Shown one piece after another: positions 8,801 to 16,802 of a DNA stretch of 55,839 bases (position 1 is the first letter of the stretch; each line of letters starts with the position of its first letter). Under the pieces are notes generated by a model. It was given only the letters and a program-made list of their open reading frames with translations, ran no database searches and was not told where the DNA came from. The stretch covers positions 1-55,839 of the forward strand of contig JAYZQJ010000055.1 in the NCBI GenBank assembly GCA_036149055.1. Direction: 5' to 3'. The DNA is from Myxococcota bacterium (GTDB taxonomy: Bacteria > Myxococcota_A > Polyangia > Polyangiales > Sandaracinaceae). The position numbers and the translations under genes were made by a program.

Positions 8801-10202
8801 GCTGGTGCTCGAGAGCGAGGCCATGTTCCGCGCCTTCCGCGTCGATCGACGCAGCTCGGTGCCGCACTGGACCGGCGACGAGGACGCCGAGGCGGGAGAG
8901 AGCAGCGGGGTCCTGAACGCGGACGGACAGGCCCAGGCGACGGCCGGGCTCCTCGGCGCCACCGGCTACGGCCGCGGCGCTGGCGGGCCCAGCGCGCGCG
9001 CCTCCAGGTCGCGCGCGGCGCCTGCGCAGGCGCCCGTGATCAACGGCTGGTCGTCCGGGGGAGGGACCGCCGGGCGCGGCTCGATCGCCGGCGCCGACTC
9101 GGTCTTCGGCGGAGGCGCCGCGCCGGTGGACGCCCTGCGTGACGAGCGCCGCAACAGCAACGACGACATGGACCGCGCGGCGAGCGAGGCCGAGGCGTCG
9201 AGCATGCCGGCGGTGGAGCAGCAGCGGGAGGCGCCGCGTCCCCGGCGTCGTCGGGGCCCGGGCCAGTGGATGCGCCGGGTCTGGGTGCGCACCGGCGAGG
9301 TGCGCGGCGGCGGAGAGCCGAGCGCCCGTGACCGGACCCGCGCCGACGAGGCGGAGGGCGCGCTGCGGGAGAACCCGGACAGCCGGGACCGCCACCGCGA
9401 CGCCTACCGCGCCCTCGCGCGCGCCGGGCGCCTCGACCGGGCCCTCGAGGTGGTCGACGCGTGGATCGAGCGCGATCGCCTCGACCCCGAGGCGCTCACC
9501 GCCAAGGCCGACGTGCTCGGTCGCATGGGCCGGCGCGACGAGGCGCTGCGCCTGCTGACCGGGACCGTCGATCTCTCGCCGGACGGCGAGACCCTGCACC
9601 AGCGGCTGGCGCGCGCCTTCGAGCGCATCGGCCGCGAGGAGCGCGCCTGCGCCCACCGCATCGCCCTCGCCGAGATCGACGAGAGCGACGCCAGCGCCCT
9701 CGCCGACGCGATGCGCTGCGAGCGGGCGCTCGGCCGGGAGGCCGCGGCGGAGCGGCTGCTCACCTCGGTCCGCGAGGCGAGCGTGCGCACCCGCGCCGAG
9801 CGCCTCGCCCGGGACGAGGACGAGGGCCGCCGCTTCCGGGGCGACTTCACGGTCGAGGCGGAGTGGAGCGGGGACGACGACGTCGACGTCTCCATCCTCA
9901 CCCGCCAGGGCACGCGCCTGAGCTGGATGGGCGGCCGCACCACGGTGGTCGGCGCCGACGCCAACGGCCGCGGTCGAGAGCGCCTCGGCCTGCGCTGGAC
10001 GGCGCCCGGCACCTACCTGATCGAGGTGAGCCGGACCGACCCGAGCGACACCCGCGAGATCCGCGGTCACCTCGACGTGCGCGTCCTCGGCCAGCGCCAG
10101 CGCGTGCCCTTCACGCTCCGCGGCGAGCGCGAGGCGGTCGCCCGGGTCCGGGTGCGCCGCGAGCAGCGGCTCGAGCGGGTGACCGGCACCGTGGGGCGCT
10201 GA
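5835..10202 (+). CDS. Large membrane-anchored FecR-VIT-VWA-TPR protein, putative anti-sigma/sensor (1455 aa)
   Basis: ATGA overlap with the sigma stop; one TM helix; FecR-like (LADGSTLVLNHATEV, VEVLGT, VTRGVV); VIT (ARTEITEVFRN...EGIYRFPLP...DPALLEW); VWA MIDAS (VVDASQSM, YVGDG); TPR-like helices; C-terminal beta domain (WSGDDDVDVSI). Confidence 0.85.
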   Translation: MTERAEKYEAFLDDLAPIVDGDPDAIERHADFLVDDDEARDLRHEAASAAERMKDAGADFVMPVDFEARLMDALDRAEDAEDAGRTTNPGFASPESPATSGVRTADEAPDGGAAETRAAETRAAETRAAETRAVAKTEAMPARSPDAPASQKAEADEAKVEKRERPMGKLLFFPVAGLIAVAAAAAVGLAIWGGGETVDAPPVADRAGLEGTLAAFERAANDGQSGVTVQRSEGAGFVALGAGEAIPTGAVLRTDARTRARVPLADGSTLVLNHATEVALAGEGARALDLRSGEVVLDVAHLDDGPNLSVTTPSGAVEVLGTELVVSATEEMTSVRVTRGVVAVRGHDGARAEVRAGEEGLLRPSAAPSVAPVTDLSSSVAWSELGSEAEEERAESLAGIGSLRARRPGQRGDQERPLHLASHEVKVRIVGNVARTEITEVFRNDGDHTLEGIYRFPLPPDAQIASLALDVEGRMEEGSFVERDRAAQIWRGVIRNATPVARRDDSEEFIWVPGPWHDPALLEWQRGGQFELRVFPIPAHGERRVTLAYTQTVQPQGARRRYVYPLAHSNDASTQVGRFEVDVRVAGADGVAPRGYELSRRAEGDATRLAMTETDFLPKGDLVIDYALPGGERELRWWTFRGQAAEAPPEDSRERDREVNDLQRRMAEDDRPYVAFTLRPELPRASERRARDYVMVVDASQSMVGERYDRAVALTGRVLREMDRRDRFTVLACDYQCRALPGGVQAPSAQAAAAAEEWLESVEPAGASDLVAVLGEAVATAAGERRDGRELHVMYVGDGTSSVGYRRAASIAAETRGLVERERVAISTVGIGGDADTMVLGAIARAGGGHYVPYVPGQRVSAAALAVLETSYGASLEAPRLELPDGLSDVAPTTLPTIRAGQEVVVVARMDRDGVQGDVRLRGSVAGQPFEERYPVELTASDAEGNRFVPQLWAAKQIEQLQLEGDGSDRGRIIALSKGFGVMSRHTSLLVLESEAMFRAFRVDRRSSVPHWTGDEDAEAGESSGVLNADGQAQATAGLLGATGYGRGAGGPSARASRSRAAPAQAPVINGWSSGGGTAGRGSIAGADSVFGGGAAPVDALRDERRNSNDDMDRAASEAEASSMPAVEQQREAPRPRRRRGPGQWMRRVWVRTGEVRGGGEPSARDRTRADEAEGALRENPDSRDRHRDAYRALARAGRLDRALEVVDAWIERDRLDPEALTAKADVLGRMGRRDEALRLLTGTVDLSPDGETLHQRLARAFERIGREERACAHRIALAEIDESDASALADAMRCERALGREAAAERLLTSVREASVRTRAERLARDEDEGRRFRGDFTVEAEWSGDDDVDVSILTRQGTRLSWMGGRTTVVGADANGRGRERLGLRWTAPGTYLIEVSRTDPSDTREIRGHLDVRVLGQRQRVPFTLRGEREAVARVRVRREQRLERVTGTVGR
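6171..6230 (+). repeat. In-frame 15-bp tandem repeat x4 (AAETR)
   Basis: GCGGCCGAGAC(G/C)CGA repeated four times in the N-terminal linker. Confidence 0.9.
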
Positions 10203-10218
10203 CGCTCGCTCCGCTCTT

Positions 10219-10250
10219 CAGCAGGCCGCTCGGCGGCCTGCTGTGTTCTT
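10219..10250 (+). terminator. Intrinsic terminator after the sigma/FecR-VIT operon
   Basis: Perfect 11-bp stem CAGCAGGCCGC-TCG-GCGGCCTGCTG followed by TGTTCTT, 16 bp after the stop. Confidence 0.75.
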
Positions 10251-10263
10251 CGGAGCCGCACCT

Positions 10264-11823
10264 TCAAACTCCGAGGAGGATGGTGCGGCCGCCGTACTCG
10301 TCGACGAGGTCGCGGCGGGAGCGGGCCCGGTCGAGCCAGTCGTCGATGCCGAGCGCGACCGGGACGAGCGGCGTGGCCCGGATGTGGTCCGCGCCGTCGA
10401 GCTCGTTGACGTGCCGGCTCATCACGTTGAGCACCTCGCTCATGCCCTCGATGACGTCTTCGGTCGGCTCGGTCGCGCGCATGTCCTCGCGCGCGCCCTC
10501 CGGGAGCATGAGCAGCCGCCCGCCGAGCTCGATCGCCGCGACCGCGTCCACCAGGAACGCCCCACGCACCTGGCCCTCGTCGTCGACGAGGCGCGTGATG
10601 TACCCGAGCGACGCGACGTCGCCGTCGTAGGAGTCCGCTTCGACCCGGACACGATCGCCGAGCAGCGAGGTCAAGCCACGCTCCCAGACGACCGCCTCCG
10701 GCATGGGGAGGGCCGGGAACGCAGGACCCTCCTCGTCGCTCGTCGCTTCTTCGGGGGGTGACGCTGCGCCGTTCGTCGGTTCCGCATCCGAAGGCGAGTC
10801 TGCGGTCGGGGCCGAGTCCGCAGCCGAGTCCGCAGCCGGGGCCGCGGCCGAATCCCAATCCGCAGCCGACACCGAGCCCGAATCCGAGTCCGAGACCGAG
10901 CCCGAATCCGAGCCCGAAACCGAGTCCGAGCCCGAATCCGAGTCCGAGCCCGAGCCCGAATCCGAGACCGCAGCCGGGTCCGAAACCGGCTCCGGGTCGG
11001 AGACCGCTTCCGCCTCCGCCGCCGCCCCCGCTTCCGCAGCCGCCCCCGCTGCCACCGCCGCTGCCGGTCCCGCTGCCGCCGCCGCTCCCGGATCCGCCGC
11101 CGCCGCCGCTGCCGGTCCCGCTGCCGCCGCCGCTGCCGGTCCCGCCGCCGCTGCCGGATCCGCTGCCGGTCCCGCTGCCGCCGCCGCTGCCGGTCCCGCT
11201 GCCGCCGCCGGATCCGCTGCCGGTCCCGCTGCCGGATTCGCTGCCGGATCCGCTGCCGCCGCCGGTCCCGCTGCCGGTCCCGCTGCCGCTGCCGGATCCG
11301 CTGCCGCCGCCGGTCCCGCTGCCGCCGCCGCAGCCGGTTCCGCCGCCGCTGCCATCCCCGCCGCAGAGGACGCGGCGGCCGCTCCGTGTTGCGCCGCCGG
11401 AGCCCCCGCAGGAAGGCCGGCGGTCATCACCGACAGCAGCTTCTGAATCTGCCCCTCGAGCTCCACCACCCGGCTCTGGAGCGCGTGGAAGCTCTCCGCC
11501 GTCGGCAGCTCCGACCGCTCCTCCTCCCGCTCCCATCCATCGTCCACCACCCGGAACGCGCAGTCGCCAGGCGTCGCCTCGAGCTCGCTGAGCAGCGCGT
11601 CGGTCTGCGTCACCAGCTCGGTCGCGGTGGGGAGCGCGGCGAGGCGCCGGAGGATCGGGCCCTCGCCTTCGATGAAGCGCGGGGTCGGGCGGTAGCGGGT
11701 CGGTCCCACGCGCACCAGCTCCTCGAGCTCGAGCACCCACCGGCCGTCCGCGCGCTGCAGGCGCACGGGGGTCGGAGGGCCGAGGAGATCGGTTCGCGGT
11801 CGCATGAGGCTCCGTCTCCACAT
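10264..11823 (-). CDS. Protein with long low-complexity linker and C-terminal CheC/CheX-like domain (start 11823 or 11805)
   Basis: Globular N-terminus with coiled coil, then AAAGP and DSGS repeat linker. The C-terminal domain has EGMSEVLNV, resembling the CheC/CheX (D/S/E)xxxExxN motif. The upstream part of the track ORF is antisense to the FHA gene. Confidence 0.6.
   Translation of the reverse strand: MWRRSLMRPRTDLLGPPTPVRLQRADGRWVLELEELVRVGPTRYRPTPRFIEGEGPILRRLAALPTATELVTQTDALLSELEATPGDCAFRVVDDGWEREEERSELPTAESFHALQSRVVELEGQIQKLLSVMTAGLPAGAPAAQHGAAAASSAAGMAAAAEPAAAAAAGPAAAADPAAAAGPAAGPAAAADPAANPAAGPAADPAAAAGPAAAAAAGPAADPAAAAGPAAAAAAGPAAAAAADPGAAAAAGPAAAVAAGAAAEAGAAAEAEAVSDPEPVSDPAAVSDSGSGSDSDSGSDSVSGSDSGSVSDSDSGSVSAADWDSAAAPAADSAADSAPTADSPSDAEPTNGAASPPEEATSDEEGPAFPALPMPEAVVWERGLTSLLGDRVRVEADSYDGDVASLGYITRLVDDEGQVRGAFLVDAVAAIELGGRLLMLPEGAREDMRATEPTEDVIEGMSEVLNVMSRHVNELDGADHIRATPLVPVALGIDDWLDRARSRRDLVDEYGGRTILLGV
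10812..11352 (+). repeat. Bipartite CCGNNN simple-repeat array inside a CDS
   Basis: A CCGAGT/CCGAGC/CCGAAT/CCGAGA block (10812-~11000) is followed by a CCGCTG/CCGGTC/CCGCCG block (~11000-11352). Confidence 0.85.
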
Positions 11824-11880
11824 CGGTCGGATCGACGATCCACTTGAGGGGGAAGCGGGCTGAGCTGCTACGCTGAGGGC

Positions 11881-12636
11881 GTGGTCCGACGTGTTCGAAC
11901 GTTCGTCCAGTCCGGGTCGAAGACCGTCGAGCTCACCCCGGGAGAGACGATCCTCGTAGGGCGCTCCGCGCGCTGCGATCTCGTGCTGGACGACGACCTC
12001 GCGAGCCGCGAGCACTGCCGCATCGCGTTCGAAGGCGGCGCCGTGTTCGTCGAGGATCTCGGCAGCCGGAACGGCGTGCTCGTGAACGGTCTGCCCCTCG
12101 AGGAGCGCCAGCGTCTGCACCACGGCGACCAGGTCACCGCCGGCCGCAGCGTGCTCGTGGTGTCCCGTCGCGCCCACGCGCCCAAGCCGTCCGGGGAGAT
12201 CGCGCCCGCGCCGCGCCGCGCCCCCTCCGAGGAGATGACCTCGACCGGGAGCGTCGCCGAGATCCTCGCCGGCTCCGCCCGCCTCGCGCTCGACGACGGA
12301 GAGCTCGAGGTCGCCGAGCGATCGGTGCGGAACCTCGTGGTCGCGCTCCGCGGCGTCGTCGCGCGCGGGGCGCCGATCGAGGGCGACACGTTCTCGGCCG
12401 CGGTCGGGCTCCTGCTCGAGCTCGCCGAGCGCACCCAGGAGCGGGCGTGGCTCGAGCGCCTCCTCGAGCTGCACGTGGCGGCGACGCGCCTGCTGGACGG
12501 AGAGACCGCGCGCCAGCTCGTCGGCCTCTCGGCGAAGATCGGGCGGCCCGGCCGGGCGCTCGAGGACTACCGCGCCTTCGCCCACTCGCGCGGCGGGCCG
12601 AGCGAGGCCACGCTCCTCGCGCTCGAGGCCGTGTAG
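11881..12636 (+). CDS. FHA domain protein
   Basis: VGRSARCDLVLDDDLASREHCRI...EDLGSRNGVLVNG...LHHGDQV is a canonical FHA signature. Confidence 0.9.
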   Translation: MVRRVRTFVQSGSKTVELTPGETILVGRSARCDLVLDDDLASREHCRIAFEGGAVFVEDLGSRNGVLVNGLPLEERQRLHHGDQVTAGRSVLVVSRRAHAPKPSGEIAPAPRRAPSEEMTSTGSVAEILAGSARLALDDGELEVAERSVRNLVVALRGVVARGAPIEGDTFSAAVGLLLELAERTQERAWLERLLELHVAATRLLDGETARQLVGLSAKIGRPGRALEDYRAFAHSRGGPSEATLLALEAV

Positions 12637-12639
12637 CGT

Positions 12640-13620
12640 TCAGCGCTCTTCTTTGGCGCTCGGGCGCTCGGGGACGGTGATCGACGGGCTCGAGGGGATC
12701 GCGGCCGGCGCGTCCGCCCTGGGCGTCTCCCGCCATCGGTCCCACCACACGCGCGCGGCCTCGTCGTCCCAGCCGTCGGCGTCGCGACAGCGCGAGAGCG
12801 ACTCGCGGAGGATCGCGGCGCTGCCGGGGCGCTTGGCCGGATCCTTCTCCAGGCACCAGTCGATCACGCTCGCGAGATCGCCGGGCGCCTCGGTGAGCGG
12901 CGGGGGCGCCTCGTCGCGCTGCTTCTTGAGGATGTCGGCGCCGGCCTCGCCGTCGAAGGCGTGCCGCCCGCTGAGCAGGTAGTAGGCGACGAGCCCGAGC
13001 GCGTAGAAGTCCGAGGCCGCGCTGAGCTCGATCTGCGGCCGGAGCATCTCCGGCGCGACGTAGCGCGGGGTGCCGAGCACGAAGCCCTCGACTGTGAGTC
13101 GATCGCGGGTGGGGCGGATGGGCGCGACGAGCCCGAAGTCGACCAGCTTGGCGACGTCCGGGACCCCGCCCGCCTCGCAGAGCAGGATGTTCGGCGGCTT
13201 GATGTCGCGGTGGATGAGCCCGAGGTCGTGGGCCTCGCCCAGCGCGCCCGCGATCTGGTCGAGGATGCGGATCACCCGGGCGGCCGGCTGGGGCCCGTCG
13301 AGCTCGACCAGGCGGCGGAGGTCGTAGCCCTCCAGGTACTCCATCGCGTAGAAGAGCGTGCCGTCCTCGGACTCGCCGTAGTCGTAGATCTCGACGGTGT
13401 TCGGGTGGGTCAGCCGAGCGCAGGCCTGGACCTCGCGCTCGAAGCGCGCTCGGCCGAGCTCCGAGATGAGCCAGCTCGACAGGACCTTGAGGGCCGCCGG
13501 TCGAGAGAGCCGATCGTGGCGGGCCTCGAAGACGACGCCCATGCCGCCTTCGCCGAGCTTCCGGACGATGGTGTAGGCCCCCAGTCGGTCGCCGGGGCCG
13601 AGCGGCGAGAGGAAATCCAC
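12640..13620 (-). CDS. Ser/Thr protein kinase (Hanks type, essentially kinase domain only)
   Basis: GEGGMGVV, ALKVL, HRDIKPPN, DFG, GTPRYVAPE. Start inferred at GTG 13620; the longer track ORF overlaps a + strand gene. Confidence 0.92.
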   Translation of the reverse strand: MDFLSPLGPGDRLGAYTIVRKLGEGGMGVVFEARHDRLSRPAALKVLSSWLISELGRARFEREVQACARLTHPNTVEIYDYGESEDGTLFYAMEYLEGYDLRRLVELDGPQPAARVIRILDQIAGALGEAHDLGLIHRDIKPPNILLCEAGGVPDVAKLVDFGLVAPIRPTRDRLTVEGFVLGTPRYVAPEMLRPQIELSAASDFYALGLVAYYLLSGRHAFDGEAGADILKKQRDEAPPPLTEAPGDLASVIDWCLEKDPAKRPGSAAILRESLSRCRDADGWDDEAARVWWDRWRETPRADAPAAIPSSPSITVPERPSAKEER

Positions 13621-13704
13621 GATCTCCCGCAGTATGACGGGCGGAGTTCGGCGGAGCGACCCGAAACTCGGCCACACCCGCCCACCTCGTGGCACCCTGC
13701 GTAC

Positions 13705-14160
13705 ATGCGGTTCGCGATCTGCCTCCTGGTCCTGCTCGTCACCGCGCCGGCCTGCGCGCAGGAGGCGGCGGGGGGCGCGCTCGATCCGACGAGCTACGCC
13801 GCGCTCACCGCCGACGACGAAGCGCAGCTGAGCCTCGGCGGGTTCCGGCGCTACCTGCAGCGCATCGAGGAGAGCGACCCGCAGCTCCATCGGCTGCTCG
13901 ATCCGCGGCTCTCCGATCTGGAGGAGCGGAGCACCGTCGCCGACGTCGTCTTCGGCGTGAGCCTCGGGCTCTCGATCGCCGGCGCCTTCGGCACGATCCC
14001 GGCGTACGAATTCGCCGGCGAGGAGGCGGCCCTCGGGGTCGCCCTCGGCAGCGCCGGCCTCCTGCTCGTCGGCGCGATCGTGCAGGCCATCATCCGCCCC
14101 GGCCACGGCGATCTCGTCGCCCTCATCGATCTCCACGACGAGCGCGTCGGCCGCCGCTAG
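13705..14160 (+). CDS. Hypothetical exported/membrane protein
   Basis: Signal-peptide-like MRFAICLLVLLVTAPACA and two further hydrophobic helices. Confidence 0.7.
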   Translation: MRFAICLLVLLVTAPACAQEAAGGALDPTSYAALTADDEAQLSLGGFRRYLQRIEESDPQLHRLLDPRLSDLEERSTVADVVFGVSLGLSIAGAFGTIPAYEFAGEEAALGVALGSAGLLLVGAIVQAIIRPGHGDLVALIDLHDERVGRR

Positions 14161-14194
14161 AGCGGCCGGTTCCTGCGAGCGGCGAGGTACTCGC

Positions 14195-14896
14195 TCAGAC
14201 GGGGGGAGAAGTGGCGGCGTTGACGCGCTCCATCCAGGCGAGGGCCCGCGGGTGGTCGGCGACCACGCCCTGGGCTTCGGCGGTCTCGGCGGCGCAGCTG
14301 ACCTGGGCGTAGACGGCGACGTCGGCGACGGTGAGGTGGTCGGTGACCAGCCAGTCGCCGCCGCCGAGCCAGCCCTCGAGCGCGTCGAGGTGGCGATCGA
14401 AGTCGGCGAGCACGCGCTCGGGGGGCTTGCGGCCGATGCCCTGGAGGCGGAGCACGTTGCGCATCAGGGTCGGGAGGGCGCGCTCGGTCGCGCGGCGCAG
14501 CAGCGGAGGCTCCGACTGGCTCGAGCGTCGGGAGAACTCGCCCGCGTTCTCGCTGAGGCCGAAGCGGAACCAGGCCTCGTAGAAGTAGAGGCTCTCGTCC
14601 GCCCAGTCCTCGAGGATGTGACAGAGCGCCCGGGCCTTCGGATCGCGCGGGTAGATCGGCGGGTCGGGGAAGGTCACCTCGAGGTAGCGGGCGATCTCGG
14701 TCGAGTCGCTCACCACCGCCTCGCCGTGCTCAAGCACCGGAACTTTGCCGGCCGGGTTCAGGCGTCGGAGCCGCACCAGGGTCTCGGTCGGCGGCACCTC
14801 GTGCGTCCGATAGGCCCTCCGTTTGTAGTGGAGCAGCCGCCTCACCTTGTCGCAGAAGGGCGAGGACTCGAACTGGTGCAGGACGAGCTCGGTCAT
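14195..14896 (-). CDS. Glutathione S-transferase family protein
   Basis: LHQFESSPFCDKVR, NPAGKVPVL, DSTEIARYL and C-terminal LTVADVAVY. Confidence 0.9.
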   Translation of the reverse strand: MTELVLHQFESSPFCDKVRRLLHYKRRAYRTHEVPPTETLVRLRRLNPAGKVPVLEHGEAVVSDSTEIARYLEVTFPDPPIYPRDPKARALCHILEDWADESLYFYEAWFRFGLSENAGEFSRRSSQSEPPLLRRATERALPTLMRNVLRLQGIGRKPPERVLADFDRHLDALEGWLGGGDWLVTDHLTVADVAVYAQVSCAAETAEAQGVVADHPRALAWMERVNAATSPPV

Positions 14897-14987
14897 GTCC
14901 CGAGGGTAGGTCCCGGCGCGCCGACCGCGAAAGGTCCTTCGCGCTTTTCGGGTACACGGCTACGCAGGTGCGTAGCTGGCTACGCGT

Positions 14988-15728
14988 TCAGGGCCCCGCG
15001 AAGACGAGGTGTCCGAAGCGCTCGGGGACGTGGAAATCGCCGATCAGAGGAGGGGACCAGCCGACCCCGCCTTGCCCCTCGGGGTGGATGTCCAGCACGT
15101 AGAGGGCCAAGCGCCACGTGTCTCCGGCCGACGGCGGCTCGGCGGGCGTCTGCCCGGCGGCGAAGGCCTCCCACGGGATGCGCAGCTCGGCGGTGTAGCC
15201 CTCGTCGCCGTCCTCGTCGTTCAGGGTGCCGCGCACCGCGACCTCGCCGTGCAGCTCGCTGTCCCAGCCGACGTGCCCGAAGGGCTGCGGGATCCGGCGG
15301 CTGTCGTAGCGGGTGTCGAAGGTCTGTCCGCTCGGCGCGAGCTGGAGCTCGAAGTAGTTCAGCCCGTCGCCGTCGGGGTCGATCATCAGCTCGACCGTGT
15401 CCTGGGTCCAGAGGTGCGGGTCGTGCCCGGTCAGGTCGGCCCGGAGGTAGTCGTCCTCGACCTCGAAGGCGGCGTAGAGGTAGTCCGCGTCCCAGGCGAG
15501 CTTCGCCCGGCTGCGGGGGTGCGCCGGGGCGCCGGTCATCGTGTTCACGAACGGCTCGGTCCAGGGCGCGTCGTCCCAGACCGCGTCGTCGAGCCGCCCG
15601 TCGATGGTCACGGCGGCGGACGCCCGGACGGCCTCGTAGCGCGGCAGGTCGGTGCGGGGCTCCGCGCACGTGCAGCCCGCGGCGGAGAGGAGCAGGGCTC
15701 CGGCGACCCACCACCGACCCCGGCTCAC
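14988..15728 (-). CDS. Carbohydrate-binding family 9-like lipoprotein
   Basis: Lipobox-like AAGC; IDGRLDDAVW, WDADYLY, LWTQDTVELMIDPDGDG..YFELQ and YTAELRIPW. GTG start overlaps the thioesterase stop. Confidence 0.8.
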   Translation of the reverse strand: MSRGRWWVAGALLLSAAGCTCAEPRTDLPRYEAVRASAAVTIDGRLDDAVWDDAPWTEPFVNTMTGAPAHPRSRAKLAWDADYLYAAFEVEDDYLRADLTGHDPHLWTQDTVELMIDPDGDGLNYFELQLAPSGQTFDTRYDSRRIPQPFGHVGWDSELHGEVAVRGTLNDEDGDEGYTAELRIPWEAFAAGQTPAEPPSAGDTWRLALYVLDIHPEGQGGVGWSPPLIGDFHVPERFGHLVFAGP

Positions 15729-16126
15729 TCGAACGCCTCGCGCAGGGACGGGTCCATCGAGCAGATGCGCTCCTTGGCCAGGTCGACGCAGGCGCAGGTG
15801 ATCTCGGCGCTCGTGAGGCGCTCGTCGCCGCGCCAGATGCGGTAGTCGAAGCGGATCTTCGCGCGGTTGATCACGCCGACCCAGGCCTCCACCTCGAGCT
15901 CGTCGTCGAACCGGGCCGGGCGCTCGTAGCGGATCCGGACCTCGGCGACCGGCAGCCCCTTGCCCACCTCGCGCTCGAAGCGACGGTAGTCGACGCCGCG
16001 CTGGCGGAGCAGCTCCACCCGGGCCTGCTCCAGAAAACGCAAGTAGGCGGCGTGGTGGACCACGCCGCCTTGGTCGGTGTCCACGTACTGGACGCGGACC
16101 CGGTATCGGAAGGGCTCGGAGCCCAC
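15725..16126 (-). CDS. Hot-dog-fold acyl-CoA/acyl-ACP thioesterase (YbgC/4HBT family)
   Basis: RVQYVDTDQGGVVHHAAYLRFLEQAR and IRYERPARFDDEL. Confidence 0.9.
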   Translation of the reverse strand: MGSEPFRYRVRVQYVDTDQGGVVHHAAYLRFLEQARVELLRQRGVDYRRFEREVGKGLPVAEVRIRYERPARFDDELEVEAWVGVINRAKIRFDYRIWRGDERLTSAEITCACVDLAKERICSMDPSLREAFE

Positions 16127-16133
16127 GCGGGAG

Positions 16134-16385
16134 CTACTCCGCCGCGTCGGCGGCGGCGAGCTTGCGGGCGACGAGGTTGTACACCCGCGTGAAGTCGGTC
16201 ATCTCGGTCAGCTCGTCCTCGGGGATGGAGAGCTTGTAGGTGCGCTCCACCTCCGCGACGATCTCGATGGCCATCATCGAGTCGATGCCGAGCTCCTCGA
16301 ACGGCGTTTCGTCCGGGATCTCGTCGACCTCGCTCACCTCCGAGATGATCTCGCGAAGCTTGTCCCTGAGTGCGTCGTCCGACAT
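16134..16385 (-). CDS. Acyl carrier protein
   Basis: Acidic 83-aa protein with the ELGIDSMMAIEI phosphopantetheine site. Confidence 0.93.
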   Translation of the reverse strand: MSDDALRDKLREIISEVSEVDEIPDETPFEELGIDSMMAIEIVAEVERTYKLSIPEDELTEMTDFTRVYNLVARKLAAADAAE

Positions 16386-16481
16386 GGCTTCCTCTTCCTG
16401 CTGAGGGGATCGATGGACCCCCCCTCTCGTCTGTCAGGCACGGACCGTGCCGACTCCCTACGGGCGTCGGCGGCGATCGGT

Positions 16482-16721
16482 TCAGGCCATCCGCTTCTCG
16501 ACCAGCTCGAGGAGCTGGCGGACGGTCTGGATCCCGACGAGCTGCTCGTCGGGGATCTGGACGCCGAGCTCGCGCTCCATGGCGCCCACCAGCTCCAGGG
16601 TGCTGAGCGAGTCGAGGCCGAGCTCCTGAATGTTGGAGTCCTGGGTCACCCCGGAGAAGTCCTTCTCCGCGATCTCCGTGGCCATCCGCTGAAACATCTC
16701 GAACAGTTCCGACCGCTGCAT
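16482..16721 (-). CDS. Acyl carrier protein (second, divergent)
   Basis: ELGLDSLSTLELV...LGVQIPDE...TV; start placed at ATG 16721. Confidence 0.92.
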   Translation of the reverse strand: MQRSELFEMFQRMATEIAEKDFSGVTQDSNIQELGLDSLSTLELVGAMERELGVQIPDEQLVGIQTVRQLLELVEKRMA

Positions 16722-16802
16722 CGTTCGCTCCGTCAACCTAGTGGTCCGTTGGCCCACCGATCGCGGGCCGAATCTACTTCTGGGGGCGTGGGCCGTAAAG
16801 GC

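Noticed and set aside
5727..10070. Long antisense ORFs such as 5727-10070, 37390-41229, 43313-46240 and 24015-26564
   Set aside because: These are shadow ORFs expected in very GC-rich DNA opposite genes with clear motifs.
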